Assembly (NCBI GenBank): GCA_963720755.1
Contig: CAVRGP010000002.1
Span: forward strand, 160,001 to 224,000
From: an uncultured Chloroflexia bacterium
GTDB lineage: Bacteria; Chloroflexota; Limnocylindria; Limnocylindrales; CSP1-4
Direction of reading: 5' to 3'
Length of the DNA: 64,000 nt
In this document: positions 22,550-32,449 of the stretch, in pieces
Numbering within the stretch: position 1 is the first letter of the stretch
Layout: each line of letters starts with the position of its first letter
Program-made: the position numbers and the translations under genes
The notes under the pieces: model-generated
What the model saw: only the letters and a program-made list of their open reading frames with translations
Database searches by the model: none
Told to the model about the DNA's origin: nothing

Positions 22550-22580
22550 ATCGTAGAACCCTGACAATGACGTTGTCAAG
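22550..22580 (-). promoter_or_regulatory. Sigma70 promoter (TTGACA-18-TACGAT) overlapped by a HAIR-like inverted repeat CTTGACA-N7-TGTCAGG
   Basis: -35 at 22574-22579, -10 at 22550-22555; 7-7-7 palindrome at 22560-22580. Confidence 0.8.
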
Positions 22581-22690
22581 AGAGTTACGGGTTCTTCACG
22601 ATTCCGGGCCTAGTGGCGCCCGGTCGAACGGTGGCGCGGAGCCTCGACCGGGCGGTGCCGACCCTGCGTAGCCCCGATCCGGTCCTGGCG

Positions 22691-23371
22691 TCAGCCGGCG
22701 ATCGGGGACTCCAGATCGCCGATGAGCTGGTCGTGGAGCAGGTCCCCACAATCCTGCCGACCGATCGCGATGACCTTGTCGCCCTCGAGCATCACCGTCT
22801 CCGGTCGGAGCGGTGTGGCGATCCCGTCGCGGATCACCGCGAACAGGGAGCAGCCTTCCGGGATCGCCAGGTCCTTCGGGGTCCGCCCGATGGCCGGCGA
22901 ACCGGTCTGCAGGTGCGCTTCGATGATCTCCAGTTCGCCCTCGCCGAGCGCCGCGAGATGGAGGAGCTCGTGGACCGGGATGTCCTGCTCGATCGAGCTT
23001 AGGACCATCCGCGTCGGACTGATGAGTTCATCGACGCCGAGATGCCGGAAGAGCGCTTCGTTCTTCGGGTTGTTGACCCGGGCGATCGTCCGCGGCACGT
23101 CGAAGTGGTGCTTGGCCATCTGGCAGATCACCAGGTTGTCCTCGTCGTCACCGGTCACCGCCGCAACGACATCCGCCCGGTTGCATCCGGCCTCGCCGAG
23201 GTACTTGCCCTCACATCCGTCGTGGGCGATGACGATCGAACCGATCTCGTCGGCGATCTGGGTCGCCCGAGCCCGATCCTTCTCCATGAGGGCCACTTCA
23301 TGGCCCGATTCGATGAGTTCCTTGGCCAGGTAATAGCCGACCTTGCCGCCGCCGACCACGAGTACGAACAC
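22691..23371 (-). CDS. TrkA family K+ uptake regulator (RCK-N + RCK-C)
   Basis: VGGGKVG, TGDDEDNL, TIARVNNP, C-terminal TrkA-C. Confidence 0.92.
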   Translation of the reverse strand: MFVLVVGGGKVGYYLAKELIESGHEVALMEKDRARATQIADEIGSIVIAHDGCEGKYLGEAGCNRADVVAAVTGDDEDNLVICQMAKHHFDVPRTIARVNNPKNEALFRHLGVDELISPTRMVLSSIEQDIPVHELLHLAALGEGELEIIEAHLQTGSPAIGRTPKDLAIPEGCSLFAVIRDGIATPLRPETVMLEGDKVIAIGRQDCGDLLHDQLIGDLESPIAG

Positions 23372-23374
23372 GGC

Positions 23375-23914
23375 TCAGACCTCCTGGCTGTGAACGGCTG
23401 CCGGACCGGTCGTGGACGTTGCGACCGGTGGCACGGACGGGGTGTCCGCGGGTGCGTCGTGGGATCCCGGATGGTGATGTCCGGAAGCGGCGATCAAGCC
23501 CGGCAGTCCGGAACGTGGCAGCCCGAGGTGATCGTCGATGGCATCGAGCATCAGGCCCGTCCGGCACAACGTCGTGACCCCGAGCTCGGCATAGGCGGTC
23601 GCCCGGAGTGGGTCGTTGATCTTGGCGATGACGCGCTCGACGCCGAGTGCCTCCACGGCGAGCTGGGCGGCCATGACATTGCGATTGTCGCCCTCGGTCA
23701 ACGCGAGGAAGACGTCCGCACTGTCGGCGCCTGCTCGGCGGAGGACATCTTCATCGGTCCCGTCGCCCCGCAGGGAGTCGCCGCCGAACGTCGACGGCAG
23801 GCGATCGAAGGCCGAGGTGAGGACGTCCAGGATGACGACTTCATGGCCGGCCCTGTCGTAGATATCCGCGATGGATGCACCGACCCTGCCGCACCCGACG
23901 ATCACGATCTTCAC
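23375..23914 (-). CDS. TrkA family protein (RCK-N only)
   Basis: IVGCGRVG, GDGTDEDVL, GDNRNVM. Confidence 0.9.
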   Translation of the reverse strand: MKIVIVGCGRVGASIADIYDRAGHEVVILDVLTSAFDRLPSTFGGDSLRGDGTDEDVLRRAGADSADVFLALTEGDNRNVMAAQLAVEALGVERVIAKINDPLRATAYAELGVTTLCRTGLMLDAIDDHLGLPRSGLPGLIAASGHHHPGSHDAPADTPSVPPVATSTTGPAAVHSQEV

Positions 23915-24369
23915 GCTGGCTCCTCGATGATGGGTTCGCGCACCACCCAGACGGCGCAGGGCGCGTTCTGGAGAACGTACGGGATGGTCCGGCCGATGGC
24001 GAACTCGCCACCGAACCGCTTGCGATACGGCAGCCCGACCACCAGCAAGTCCGCTTCACGCTCGGTCGACTCGTCGACGATCGCCGCGCCGACGTCGCGT
24101 GCCTGGAGCAGGACCGGTTCGAGGGTCAGCTTCGATTCCTCCGCCACCTCCTCGGCCATGTCCAGGACGCGCTGGACATCCTCGCTTCGTCCGGCGATGT
24201 CGGCGTCGAGCGGGAGTGTCCAGTCGATCTCGACGACGTGGATCGCGATCAATTCGGCGTTCGACGCTCTGGCCATCTCCGCCACGAGACGGACGATCCG
24301 GAGGTCGCTTGAACCGCCATTGAGGGCGACCACCGCGCGACGAAAGACTGGCTGTCGGGCATCTGCCAT
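23911..24369 (-). CDS. Universal stress protein
   Basis: ADLLVVG..GRT..VLQNAPCAVWVV. Confidence 0.88.
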   Translation of the reverse strand: MADARQPVFRRAVVALNGGSSDLRIVRLVAEMARASNAELIAIHVVEIDWTLPLDADIAGRSEDVQRVLDMAEEVAEESKLTLEPVLLQARDVGAAIVDESTEREADLLVVGLPYRKRFGGEFAIGRTIPYVLQNAPCAVWVVREPIIEEPA

Positions 24370-24423
24370 GGCCGGTCACGATACCACCGAGCGGTCCCGT
24401 TGGCGTCGGCCCAGTCTGGACCC

Positions 24424-24699
24424 TCAATCCGACTTCCGGGTCAGGTCCTCGTCAGCTCCGTTGCCCGGTGGCTGGTCGCGTTCGGTCGCACGCATGGCGC
24501 CAAGGGCCGACTCGAAGAGCGCCGGATCTTCTCGACGGTAGGGGACGTTGACGACGACGGTATGCGGCCGGCCGAGGAGCATCGACTTGACCCGCTTTGC
24601 CGCCTGGTTGTACAGGAGGCGCTCCCACCAGCTGCGGGCGACGTATTCGGGGACGCTCGACAGCGGCCGTCCGAACACGATGGCCCGGGCACGCGCCAC
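24424..24699 (-). pseudogene. Collapsed remnant of a second KimA-like APC permease (N-terminal motif joined to C-terminal tail)
   Basis: AIVFGRPLSS resembles the neighbour's N-terminal GVFFGRPLAS; it is followed directly by VPEYVARSWWERLLYNQ..VNVPYRR, which resembles the neighbour's C-terminal LPEYVGRHWWDQMLYNQ..ADVPYRR. Confidence 0.75.
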
Positions 24700-24700
24700 G

Positions 24701-26710
24701 TCAATGTCCTCGTCGGTAGGGAACGTCCGCGATCACCGTATGGTCACGCCCCACGAGTGCGCTCTTGAGTCGTTTGGCGGTCTGGTTGTACAGCATCTGG
24801 TCCCACCAGTGGCGACCCACGTATTCGGGCAGCACGACGACAGTGATCGGTGCCTCCTTGTCGGGCGGCCAGGCCTGGTCGAGGACATCGAGGTAGGCGA
24901 CGACCGGCGAGATGATCGCCCGGTACGGCGATTCGACGACGACCAGGGGCACGTCCGGGAACTGCGCCTCCCAGCGGACCCGCATCGCCTCAGCCGCTTC
25001 GAGGTCATCGGTGACGTAGACCGCCCGGATGTCCGCAGCCAGGCCACGCCCGAAGTTGACGGCATGGACGATCGACCGATTGATCGCGTTGACCGGGATG
25101 ATCACCCGCTGCTCGCGGTGCGGTCCGGGCAGGACGCCCACGTCCGGAACGCTGAGCTCCCGCTCGTGTGCCTCGTACTGGCGATGGACGAATGACATCA
25201 TCGTGACGAAGACCGGGATCAGGACGAGGACGAGCCAGGCGCCGTCCCAGAACTTCACGTAGATGACGATCACGGCCACGATCCCGGTCAGGGCCGCGCC
25301 GAACGCGTTGATGCTCAACCGGCGACGCCAGCCCGGTGACCGCTCCCGCCGCCAGTGCCGGATCATGCCCGATTGGCTGATCGTGAAATCGATGAACACG
25401 CCGACCGCGTACAACGGGATCAGCAGGTGGGTCGAGCCCTTGAAGATCACGATCAGGAGCGCCGCCAGCGAAGCCAGCATGATGATCCCGTACGAGAACG
25501 CGAGTCGGTCACCGCGCAGGGCGAACTGGCGCGGCATGTAGCCATCGCCGGCCAGGATGGCCAGGAGGCGGGGGAACGCGTTGAAGCTGGTGTTGGCGGC
25601 CAGGAACAGCAGGACGGCCGTGAACGCCTGGAAGAGGTAGAACGCGAGCCCGTCGCCGTAGACCGTCCGGGCGACCTGGGCGATGACCGTCTGCTTCTCC
25701 GGGAACTCGATCGGGATGATCGCGTAGCGAACCGCCAGGAATGTGATCCCGATGAACAGGATCGCCAGCAGGGCCGCCATCACGGCCAGGGTCGTGGCGG
25801 CGTTCCTCGCCTCTGGCGGCTTGAACGCCGGGACTCCCGTTGCGATCGCTTCCGTGCCGGTCAGCGCGACGGCACCGGCGGCGAATGCGCGCAGCAGGAG
25901 GAGGATCGTGATCGGCTGGACCGTATCGGTGAGTTGCTGGGTGACCTGCGGGCCGTAGCTCTCGCCCTCGCCCAGGACGAGGATCCGGAAGGCCCCGACC
26001 GCGATCATCAGGAGGGCCGACCCGACGAACAGGTAGGTCGGTGCGGCAAAGATGTTGCCGGCCTCGCGCAGGCCTCGAAGGTTGGCGATGGCGATCAGGC
26101 CGATCGCGGTGACGCCGATGAGGACGCGCTCGTCGAACAATGCCGGAAAGGCCGACACGATCTGCTCGACGGCCGAGGAGGTCGAGACCGCGACCGTCAT
26201 CACGTAATCGATGAGCAGCGCGGAGGCCGCCACGAGACTGACCGTGCGCCCGATGTTGCGCCGTGACACGGTGTATGAGCCGCCGCCGTTCGGATAGGCG
26301 ACGCAGATCTGCCGGTACGAGATGGCGACCGCCACGAGCAGGATGGAGATCGCGGCACTGACCCACACACCGAGCGTCAATGCAGCCGCGCCGCCGAGGA
26401 TCAGGACCCGCAGGATCTCCTCTGTCGCGTACGCCGACGAGCTGATCGCATCGGAACTGAAGATCGCGAGCGCCTTGGTCTTGGACAGACGTTCGCCGAG
26501 TTCCGCCTCGCTGGCGAGGGGCCGACCGAAGAACACGCCGCGCATGGAGGCCAGACCGCGGCCGACCCGCGTGGTCGGAGCACTCGCGGCTTCCTTGGCC
26601 GTGAGCTGGCCGCGACCCGTGTATCGGAAATACGGCGCGTGCGGGCGGTCCACCCGTACTCGACGGTCCCCCGGCTTGCGTCCTTGAAGCGGTCGTCTAC
26701 CGCCGATCAT
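24701..26710 (-). CDS. APC family permease, KimA/YdaO-like K+ transporter
   Basis: FSSDAISSSAYATEEI, YPNGGGSY, ALTGTEAI, AANTSFNAFP, LIPLYAVGVF, SPYR..PEY cytoplasmic domain. Confidence 0.9.
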   Translation of the reverse strand: MIGGRRPLQGRKPGDRRVRVDRPHAPYFRYTGRGQLTAKEAASAPTTRVGRGLASMRGVFFGRPLASEAELGERLSKTKALAIFSSDAISSSAYATEEILRVLILGGAAALTLGVWVSAAISILLVAVAISYRQICVAYPNGGGSYTVSRRNIGRTVSLVAASALLIDYVMTVAVSTSSAVEQIVSAFPALFDERVLIGVTAIGLIAIANLRGLREAGNIFAAPTYLFVGSALLMIAVGAFRILVLGEGESYGPQVTQQLTDTVQPITILLLLRAFAAGAVALTGTEAIATGVPAFKPPEARNAATTLAVMAALLAILFIGITFLAVRYAIIPIEFPEKQTVIAQVARTVYGDGLAFYLFQAFTAVLLFLAANTSFNAFPRLLAILAGDGYMPRQFALRGDRLAFSYGIIMLASLAALLIVIFKGSTHLLIPLYAVGVFIDFTISQSGMIRHWRRERSPGWRRRLSINAFGAALTGIVAVIVIYVKFWDGAWLVLVLIPVFVTMMSFVHRQYEAHERELSVPDVGVLPGPHREQRVIIPVNAINRSIVHAVNFGRGLAADIRAVYVTDDLEAAEAMRVRWEAQFPDVPLVVVESPYRAIISPVVAYLDVLDQAWPPDKEAPITVVVLPEYVGRHWWDQMLYNQTAKRLKSALVGRDHTVIADVPYRRGH

Positions 26711-27432
26711 CAGGCGCCGACATAGAGCCGGTCTGCGAGACGGGTCGGCAATCCGGCGGCGCGGATCATCTTGACGACGGCGTCGATGTCATAGTCGGCG
26801 CGACCCCAGGTCGCGGTGCCCGCGTCCGTGTCGATGACCATGTAGCTCGCTCGGGGATCCCCGTCGCGTGGCTGGCCGACGCTGCCCGGGTTCAGGAGCG
26901 TCCGGCCTTCGCCAAGGGCGACGGTGTTGCCCGCCCTTGGCGCCAGGGTGCGCATCCGCCCGTCGACCTGGGTGAATGCGACCGGGACGTGGGTGTGACC
27001 GTGCAGGCCGTGCTCGGTCGAGATCGCCGAGAGCCCGGCGCGGGCGAGCGCCGCCGAGGTCACGTATTCCCAGATCGGATCGCGCGGGCTTCCATGGACG
27101 AGCGTGAAATCGCCGTCGACCCGGCGCTGGGGCAGTGCCTCGAGCCACGCCCGGGTCGATCCGGAGATCGTCTCGCGCGTCCACTCCATCGCCGCTCGGG
27201 CATCGGGATTGAACCAGTCGATCTCGTTCCCCCCGGCGGCCGCGGCGTCGTGATTCCCACGCACGCCGGTCGCACCGAGCGTGGACAGGCGGTCGACCAC
27301 GGCATCCGGTTCCGGTCCGTATCCGACCACATCGCCGAGATGCCAGACGGCGTCGACAGACCCGACCTTGGCCAGCACCGCGTCGAGCGCGATGAGGTTG
27401 CCGTGGATATCCGAGAGGATGGCGACTCGCAC
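26710..27432 (-). CDS. Metallophosphoesterase family protein
   Basis: SDIHGN, LGDVVGYG, GNHD, HGSP, GHTH, NPGSVGQPRD. Confidence 0.92.
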   Translation of the reverse strand: MRVAILSDIHGNLIALDAVLAKVGSVDAVWHLGDVVGYGPEPDAVVDRLSTLGATGVRGNHDAAAAGGNEIDWFNPDARAAMEWTRETISGSTRAWLEALPQRRVDGDFTLVHGSPRDPIWEYVTSAALARAGLSAISTEHGLHGHTHVPVAFTQVDGRMRTLAPRAGNTVALGEGRTLLNPGSVGQPRDGDPRASYMVIDTDAGTATWGRADYDIDAVVKMIRAAGLPTRLADRLYVGA

Positions 27433-27457
27433 GGGACCGAATCTAGCAGTGCGCCGG

Positions 27458-28231
27458 TCACCATGACCGGCGTCTGCGCGTGGCTGGGTCACGCGGGTAT
27501 CCGGCTGGGGTCCGTCCACGCACGGTCGCGACGACCAACCGGTGGTCACGGAGACCGGGAACGCCCACCGGGCGGACCTCCAGGGAACCGCCGCCCAGTG
27601 CCGTCATCGCGCGCTCGGCTGCGGCGAGCTCGTCCGCCAGGTCACCCCGCTTCCAGGCGATCAGGCAGCCACCCGGCGCCAGCAATGGGAAGGCGAGTTC
27701 GATGAGTTCCGCGAGCGGCGCTACGGCCCTGGCCGTGACCGCCGGCCAGCGTCCGCGATGCCGTGGGTCTGTCGCCATCGCCTCGGCCCGCATCGGCACC
27801 GACTCGAGGACGTCGGCCAGACCGGTCGCCGCCGCGGCAACGGTGAGGAATCGGGCCTTCTTGGCGACCGGCTCGAGCAGGACCGATCGAGTCAGTGGCA
27901 CGGCGGCCGCGATCGGGATCCCCGGATAGCCGCCGCCGGATCCGAGGTCGAGCGACTGATCGACGCCCCGTTCTCGGAGCACTTCGACGCCGCTCAGGCT
28001 ATCGACGACGTGGGCGAGGGCCACCGCCGCGGGATCGCGGATGGCGGTCAGATTGATGGCCGTCGTCCATCTGAGCAACAGGCGAGCGTGACCATCGATG
28101 GCCGCCCGGGCGGCCGCCGTCAGATCCAGGCCCAGCGCATCGAGTCCGTCGTCGAGCGCCGTCGAATAGGCCGGAGGCAGGGGGGCCGTGTCCTGAACGC
28201 GCGTCGGGAGTGGCTCACGCGGCCGGTCCAT
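27458..28231 (-). CDS. rsmG: 16S rRNA m7G527 methyltransferase
   Basis: INLTAI, HVVDSL, DLGSGGGYPGIP, TARAVA. Confidence 0.92.
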   Translation of the reverse strand: MDRPREPLPTRVQDTAPLPPAYSTALDDGLDALGLDLTAAARAAIDGHARLLLRWTTAINLTAIRDPAAVALAHVVDSLSGVEVLRERGVDQSLDLGSGGGYPGIPIAAAVPLTRSVLLEPVAKKARFLTVAAAATGLADVLESVPMRAEAMATDPRHRGRWPAVTARAVAPLAELIELAFPLLAPGGCLIAWKRGDLADELAAAERAMTALGGGSLEVRPVGVPGLRDHRLVVATVRGRTPAGYPRDPATRRRRSW

Positions 28232-28496
28232 GACACGCCTCCTGTGTCTGCGTGCCATCCGCCCGCGCGGCGCCACTCCCGGCGTCGACATCGTCTCGCA
28301 CCGTTGGCGTGCGTCCGGTCTTCCGCAGTCCGTCCGGTTCGCGGCCGAGTCTCCTCGAACCCCTCGCGGACCGCGTTACCCTCGTGCCGGCCCCAGTGCG
28401 GATGCTGGACGCTACCGGCCGGATCGCATCTGCGTCAACGGGGTTTTCCACGAATCGAGGACGTCGACGTGGATTGGTGGATAACCGGCCGGGATA

Positions 28497-28853
28497 TCAA
28501 GATGAACGGCCGGGACTCCGAACGGGGCGACCGAGGGTCCGGCGGACGACATCGATGACCTCGTCAACGTACGCGTCCGCCTGGCCCTGCTCGGCCGCGG
28601 TTCGGACACACCCACTGACGTGATCCTCGAGGACCACGATCGACAGCGCGTCGACAGCCGCCCGCAGTGCGGCAGTCTGCTGGAGGATGTCGATGCAGTA
28701 CTCCTCGCGCTCGATCATCCGGGCGATCCCGCGCACCTGCCCCTCCATCCGCGACAGGCGGCGAGCGAGGAGGGTCTTGTCCTTGGAATAGCTGTGGCGG
28801 AAGTGGCTCGGGTCGGGCGGTTGGGCCGCTCGACGTCCGGTGGTCGGACTCAT
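28497..28853 (-). CDS. CsoR/RcnR family metal-sensing repressor
   Basis: RLSRMEGQVRGI..YCIDILQQ..LEDHVSGC (C-H-C ligand set). Confidence 0.9.
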   Translation of the reverse strand: MSPTTGRRAAQPPDPSHFRHSYSKDKTLLARRLSRMEGQVRGIARMIEREEYCIDILQQTAALRAAVDALSIVVLEDHVSGCVRTAAEQGQADAYVDEVIDVVRRTLGRPVRSPGRSS

Positions 28854-28907
28854 CGTCGGTCAGGACCTCGCGGGATCGGCGCACATCTGGCGACGCTTCG
28901 CGGCATC

Positions 28908-28924
28908 ATACCCCCTGGGGGTAT
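28908..28924. promoter_or_regulatory. CsoR-type operator palindrome ATACCCCC-T-GGGGGTAT
   Basis: Perfect inverted repeat with C/G tracts 55 bp upstream of the csoR-like gene. Confidence 0.8.
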
Positions 28925-28979
28925 CGTTGTCAGCCCGCATCGTATCGCGAACCGGCCCGCTCCGCTAGACTTCGGGCCG

Positions 28980-29348
28980 ATGGATCCGCGCGATCGTCCA
29001 CGCTTGCTCCCCGACGGCGCCAGGTGCACCGCCTGCGGGGCGACCGTCCCGGCGGGCCGGATCCGGGTCCTCGCCGAGCGGGAGGATCTCGTCTTCGTCG
29101 AACTCGACTGCGACGCTTGCGGGAGCACGGCGCTCGGATTGCTGGAGTCCACCTCCGATGGGCGGCCGCGGCTCGACGTCGCCGCCGAGGGGCCGGCGGC
29201 AGGACCTGATCCGAGCCGATCCGGTCAGCTGGTCAGCCTCGCCGATGTCGAAGCGATCCGGCGCGACCTGGCGACATGGAACGGTGACCTCGTGCGCTGG
29301 CTTGCGGCCATCGATCCCGGTCGGGTCGATGCTGGCGGGGAACCGTGA
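28980..29348 (+). CDS. Hypothetical zinc-ribbon protein
   Basis: CTAC..CDAC pair; overlaps the next gene by GTGA. Confidence 0.65.
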   Translation: MDPRDRPRLLPDGARCTACGATVPAGRIRVLAEREDLVFVELDCDACGSTALGLLESTSDGRPRLDVAAEGPAAGPDPSRSGQLVSLADVEAIRRDLATWNGDLVRWLAAIDPGRVDAGGEP

Positions 29349-29878
29349 GGGCTCCATTCGCCCACGCCAGCGAAGCCGAGCTGTCACGCATCCTCGATTT
29401 CTACGCCGTTCGATGGGAGTACGAACCGCATACCTTCCCGATCCTCTGGAACATGGACGGCGATGTCGTCGAGAGCTTCTCGCCGGACTTCTACCTGCCC
29501 GATCTCGACCTGTACCTGGAGATGACGACGCTTCGCCAGAAACTGGTCCGGAAGAAGAACCGCAAACTGCGCCGGTTGCGCGAGCTGTACCCGGATCTCA
29601 ACATCAAGCTCTTCTACGCCCGCGACTTCCGGGCTCTGATGCTCAAATACGGCAAGCTCGCCCTCGTCGCCGGACTGTCCGGGACGTCGGGCCAGGTGGC
29701 GATGCCGTATCGCGATGATGGAAGCGAGACTGGATCGACGGGCGCTGCCCCCCATCAGGGATCCAGCGGACCGACGATCCAGGCCGCACCGGGGCCGCCA
29801 TCCGGCCGGGACCCCGACCGCCGGCGGCGGAGCTCCGATCCGGACACCGTGACGGAAGGGAAGGCGACGCACGCATGA
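29345..29878 (+). CDS. Hypothetical protein with PD-(D/E)xK-like fold
   Basis: SE..WEYEP..FSPDFYLPDLDLYLEMTT. Confidence 0.7.
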   Translation: MRAPFAHASEAELSRILDFYAVRWEYEPHTFPILWNMDGDVVESFSPDFYLPDLDLYLEMTTLRQKLVRKKNRKLRRLRELYPDLNIKLFYARDFRALMLKYGKLALVAGLSGTSGQVAMPYRDDGSETGSTGAAPHQGSSGPTIQAAPGPPSGRDPDRRRRSSDPDTVTEGKATHA

Positions 29879-29891
29879 GCGAGACGGACCG

Positions 29892-30460
<569 letters not shown>

Positions 30461-30464
<4 letters not shown>

Positions 30465-30907
30465 CGATGCACCGTCGACCGCTCGGGCGCGGCCGGACCA
30501 TGGCCGCCGTTGCGGGCCTGCTCATCGTGCTCGGGTGCATCCTGCCCTGGTGGCAGGTGGGTGGCACCCCCGGGATCCCAGCCGAATCGGGTAATGGCCT
30601 GGCGGGCAGTGGGATCCTCGTGTTCCTGGTCGGGGTCACGACCCTCGCCCTGGTGGCGCTCCCCTACGCCGCCGGTGATCGGCCGCTTGGGGCCGACCGT
30701 TGGCTCTCCTTCGCGATCCTGGCGGTCGCGGGCTGGATCGGGCTGGTGTGGCGCATCGTGGAACTCGCTTCCATCGGCGCCTTCCAATTCCGATCGCCGG
30801 CCGAGATCGTGACCAACGCGCCGGGTCTCTGGCTGGCCGGGATCGGTCTGGTCGTGTTGTCTCGCGCCGCCTGGGTGATCTCGCGCGAGTCCGCCTATTA
30901 CCGCTGA
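30461..30907 (+). CDS. Hypothetical membrane protein
   Basis: Four hydrophobic segments, LPW motif; coupled to hpt. Confidence 0.7.
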
Positions 30908-30926
30908 CCGCGCAGGTGGTCCCAAC

Positions 30927-31679
30927 TTATCCGGCCGGCGGACTCGACGCCACCCGGATCTCCACGCCGAACCAGCGTTGGTAGCCCGACCCGACGACCG
31001 CGAAGACGTAGCGCCCGGCGGCCCAGGTGTCGTCGGCCGTGGCCGATCGGTCGCTCGGCACGTAGACCGGGACTTCGATCGTGACCGTCGGGTCGAAGAC
31101 GGCCGCCCGGAGCGCGACCGGCCCGGCCGGGCTTTCCCTGCCGTCGTCGGAGCGTCGCCAGGCGTCGAGGATCGCACCGGCAGGGGGCCCATCGACGTCG
31201 TCCGGGGGCGGGCAGTAGCCGATCCCGGAGATCCGCTCCGAGAAGATGGTCACGAACGGGATGCTGGGATCGTCCGGGCCGTCTGCCGCCGTCGACGGGA
31301 CGATCTCCAGCCATCGCCGAAGCGGGTTTCCGATGTCCATGGTCGGAGCGGGGCGTAGCGTTGCCGATGGCGACCCGGCCGTTCCGTCGCCGCCCAACGG
31401 ATCGGGGAGCCCGACCGCGAACACCCGCCAGGCTGCCGCGAAGGCGCACTCACTCGGGACCTCAGCCGTCGGGGAGGGCGTCGGCGTGGAGGTCGCGACC
31501 GCGACCGGGCCCGATCCGACGCTGTCCGGCCGTCCGACAGGTGCAAGGAACAGGTCCCACGGCTTGATGAGCGCGACACCGAGGAAGATGCCGACCACGA
31601 ATGTCGCGATCGGCAGGAACCGGCTGGGTGGTCGGTCGCCGACCGACCGGACCTTGAATTCCTTCTGTGGGTCGTTCAT
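30927..31679 (-). CDS. Hypothetical membrane-anchored protein
   Basis: N-terminal TM ending IKPW, P/T linker, extracytoplasmic domain with two Cys. Confidence 0.65.
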   Translation of the reverse strand: MNDPQKEFKVRSVGDRPPSRFLPIATFVVGIFLGVALIKPWDLFLAPVGRPDSVGSGPVAVATSTPTPSPTAEVPSECAFAAAWRVFAVGLPDPLGGDGTAGSPSATLRPAPTMDIGNPLRRWLEIVPSTAADGPDDPSIPFVTIFSERISGIGYCPPPDDVDGPPAGAILDAWRRSDDGRESPAGPVALRAAVFDPTVTIEVPVYVPSDRSATADDTWAAGRYVFAVVGSGYQRWFGVEIRVASSPPAG

Positions 31680-31714
31680 GTCGCTCGGTCGGTGCCCGTG
31701 CGTCCGGGAGCGGG

Positions 31715-32449
31715 TCAGATCTCCCCGAGATAGGCGCGCCTCACATCGCCGTTGGCCGCCAGGACCTTGGCGTCGTCGGACAGGATGACCCGGCCCGTCT
31801 GGAGCACGTAGCCTCGGTCGGCCACATCGAGCGCCTGCAAGGCGTTCTGTTCGACCAGCAGGATGGTCGTTCCCTGGGCGTTGATCTCGCGGATGATCGC
31901 GAAGATCTGCTGGATGAGGATCGGGGCCAGTCCGAGCGATGGCTCATCGAGCAGCAGGACCTTGGGTCGGGTCATGAGGGCGCGCCCGATCGCCAGCATC
32001 TGCTGCTCACCGCCGGACAGCGTCCCACCCTTCTGGCCGGACCGCTCATCCAGTCGCGGGAACAGTCCGAAGACATGCTCGATGTTCTTGGCCACATCCT
32101 TGCTGGACTGCGTGTAGCCGCCCATCTGGAGGTTCTCCAGGACGGTCAGCCGGGAGAAGATCCGGCGACCCTCCGGCGCGTGCGAGATCCCGTCGCGAAC
32201 CAGGACATGGGGGGCCGTCTTCGAGACGTCCTTGCCCTGGAAATGGACGCTGCCCGAGCGCGGATGGAGAAGCCCGCTGATCGTCTTGAGGGTGGTCGTC
32301 TTGCCGGCACCGTTCGATCCGATCAGGGTCACGATCTCGCCGTCGCGGACCACGACGTCGATCCCCTGCAAGGCATGGATCTTGCCGTAGTAGGTCTGGA
32401 CGTCGCGCAATTCGAGAACGACATCGCCGATCGTCCGTTCAGCGGTCAC
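31715..32449 (-). CDS. livF: Branched-chain amino acid ABC transporter ATPase
   Basis: GSNGAGKTT, LSGGEQQM, LDEPSLGL, VEQN. Confidence 0.93.
   Translation of the reverse strand: MTAERTIGDVVLELRDVQTYYGKIHALQGIDVVVRDGEIVTLIGSNGAGKTTTLKTISGLLHPRSGSVHFQGKDVSKTAPHVLVRDGISHAPEGRRIFSRLTVLENLQMGGYTQSSKDVAKNIEHVFGLFPRLDERSGQKGGTLSGGEQQMLAIGRALMTRPKVLLLDEPSLGLAPILIQQIFAIIREINAQGTTILLVEQNALQALDVADRGYVLQTGRVILSDDAKVLAANGDVRRAYLGEI

Noticed and set aside
26700-26800. c-di-AMP (ydaO) riboswitch before the KimA-like gene
   Set aside because: No leader space; the upstream gene's stop overlaps the start codon.
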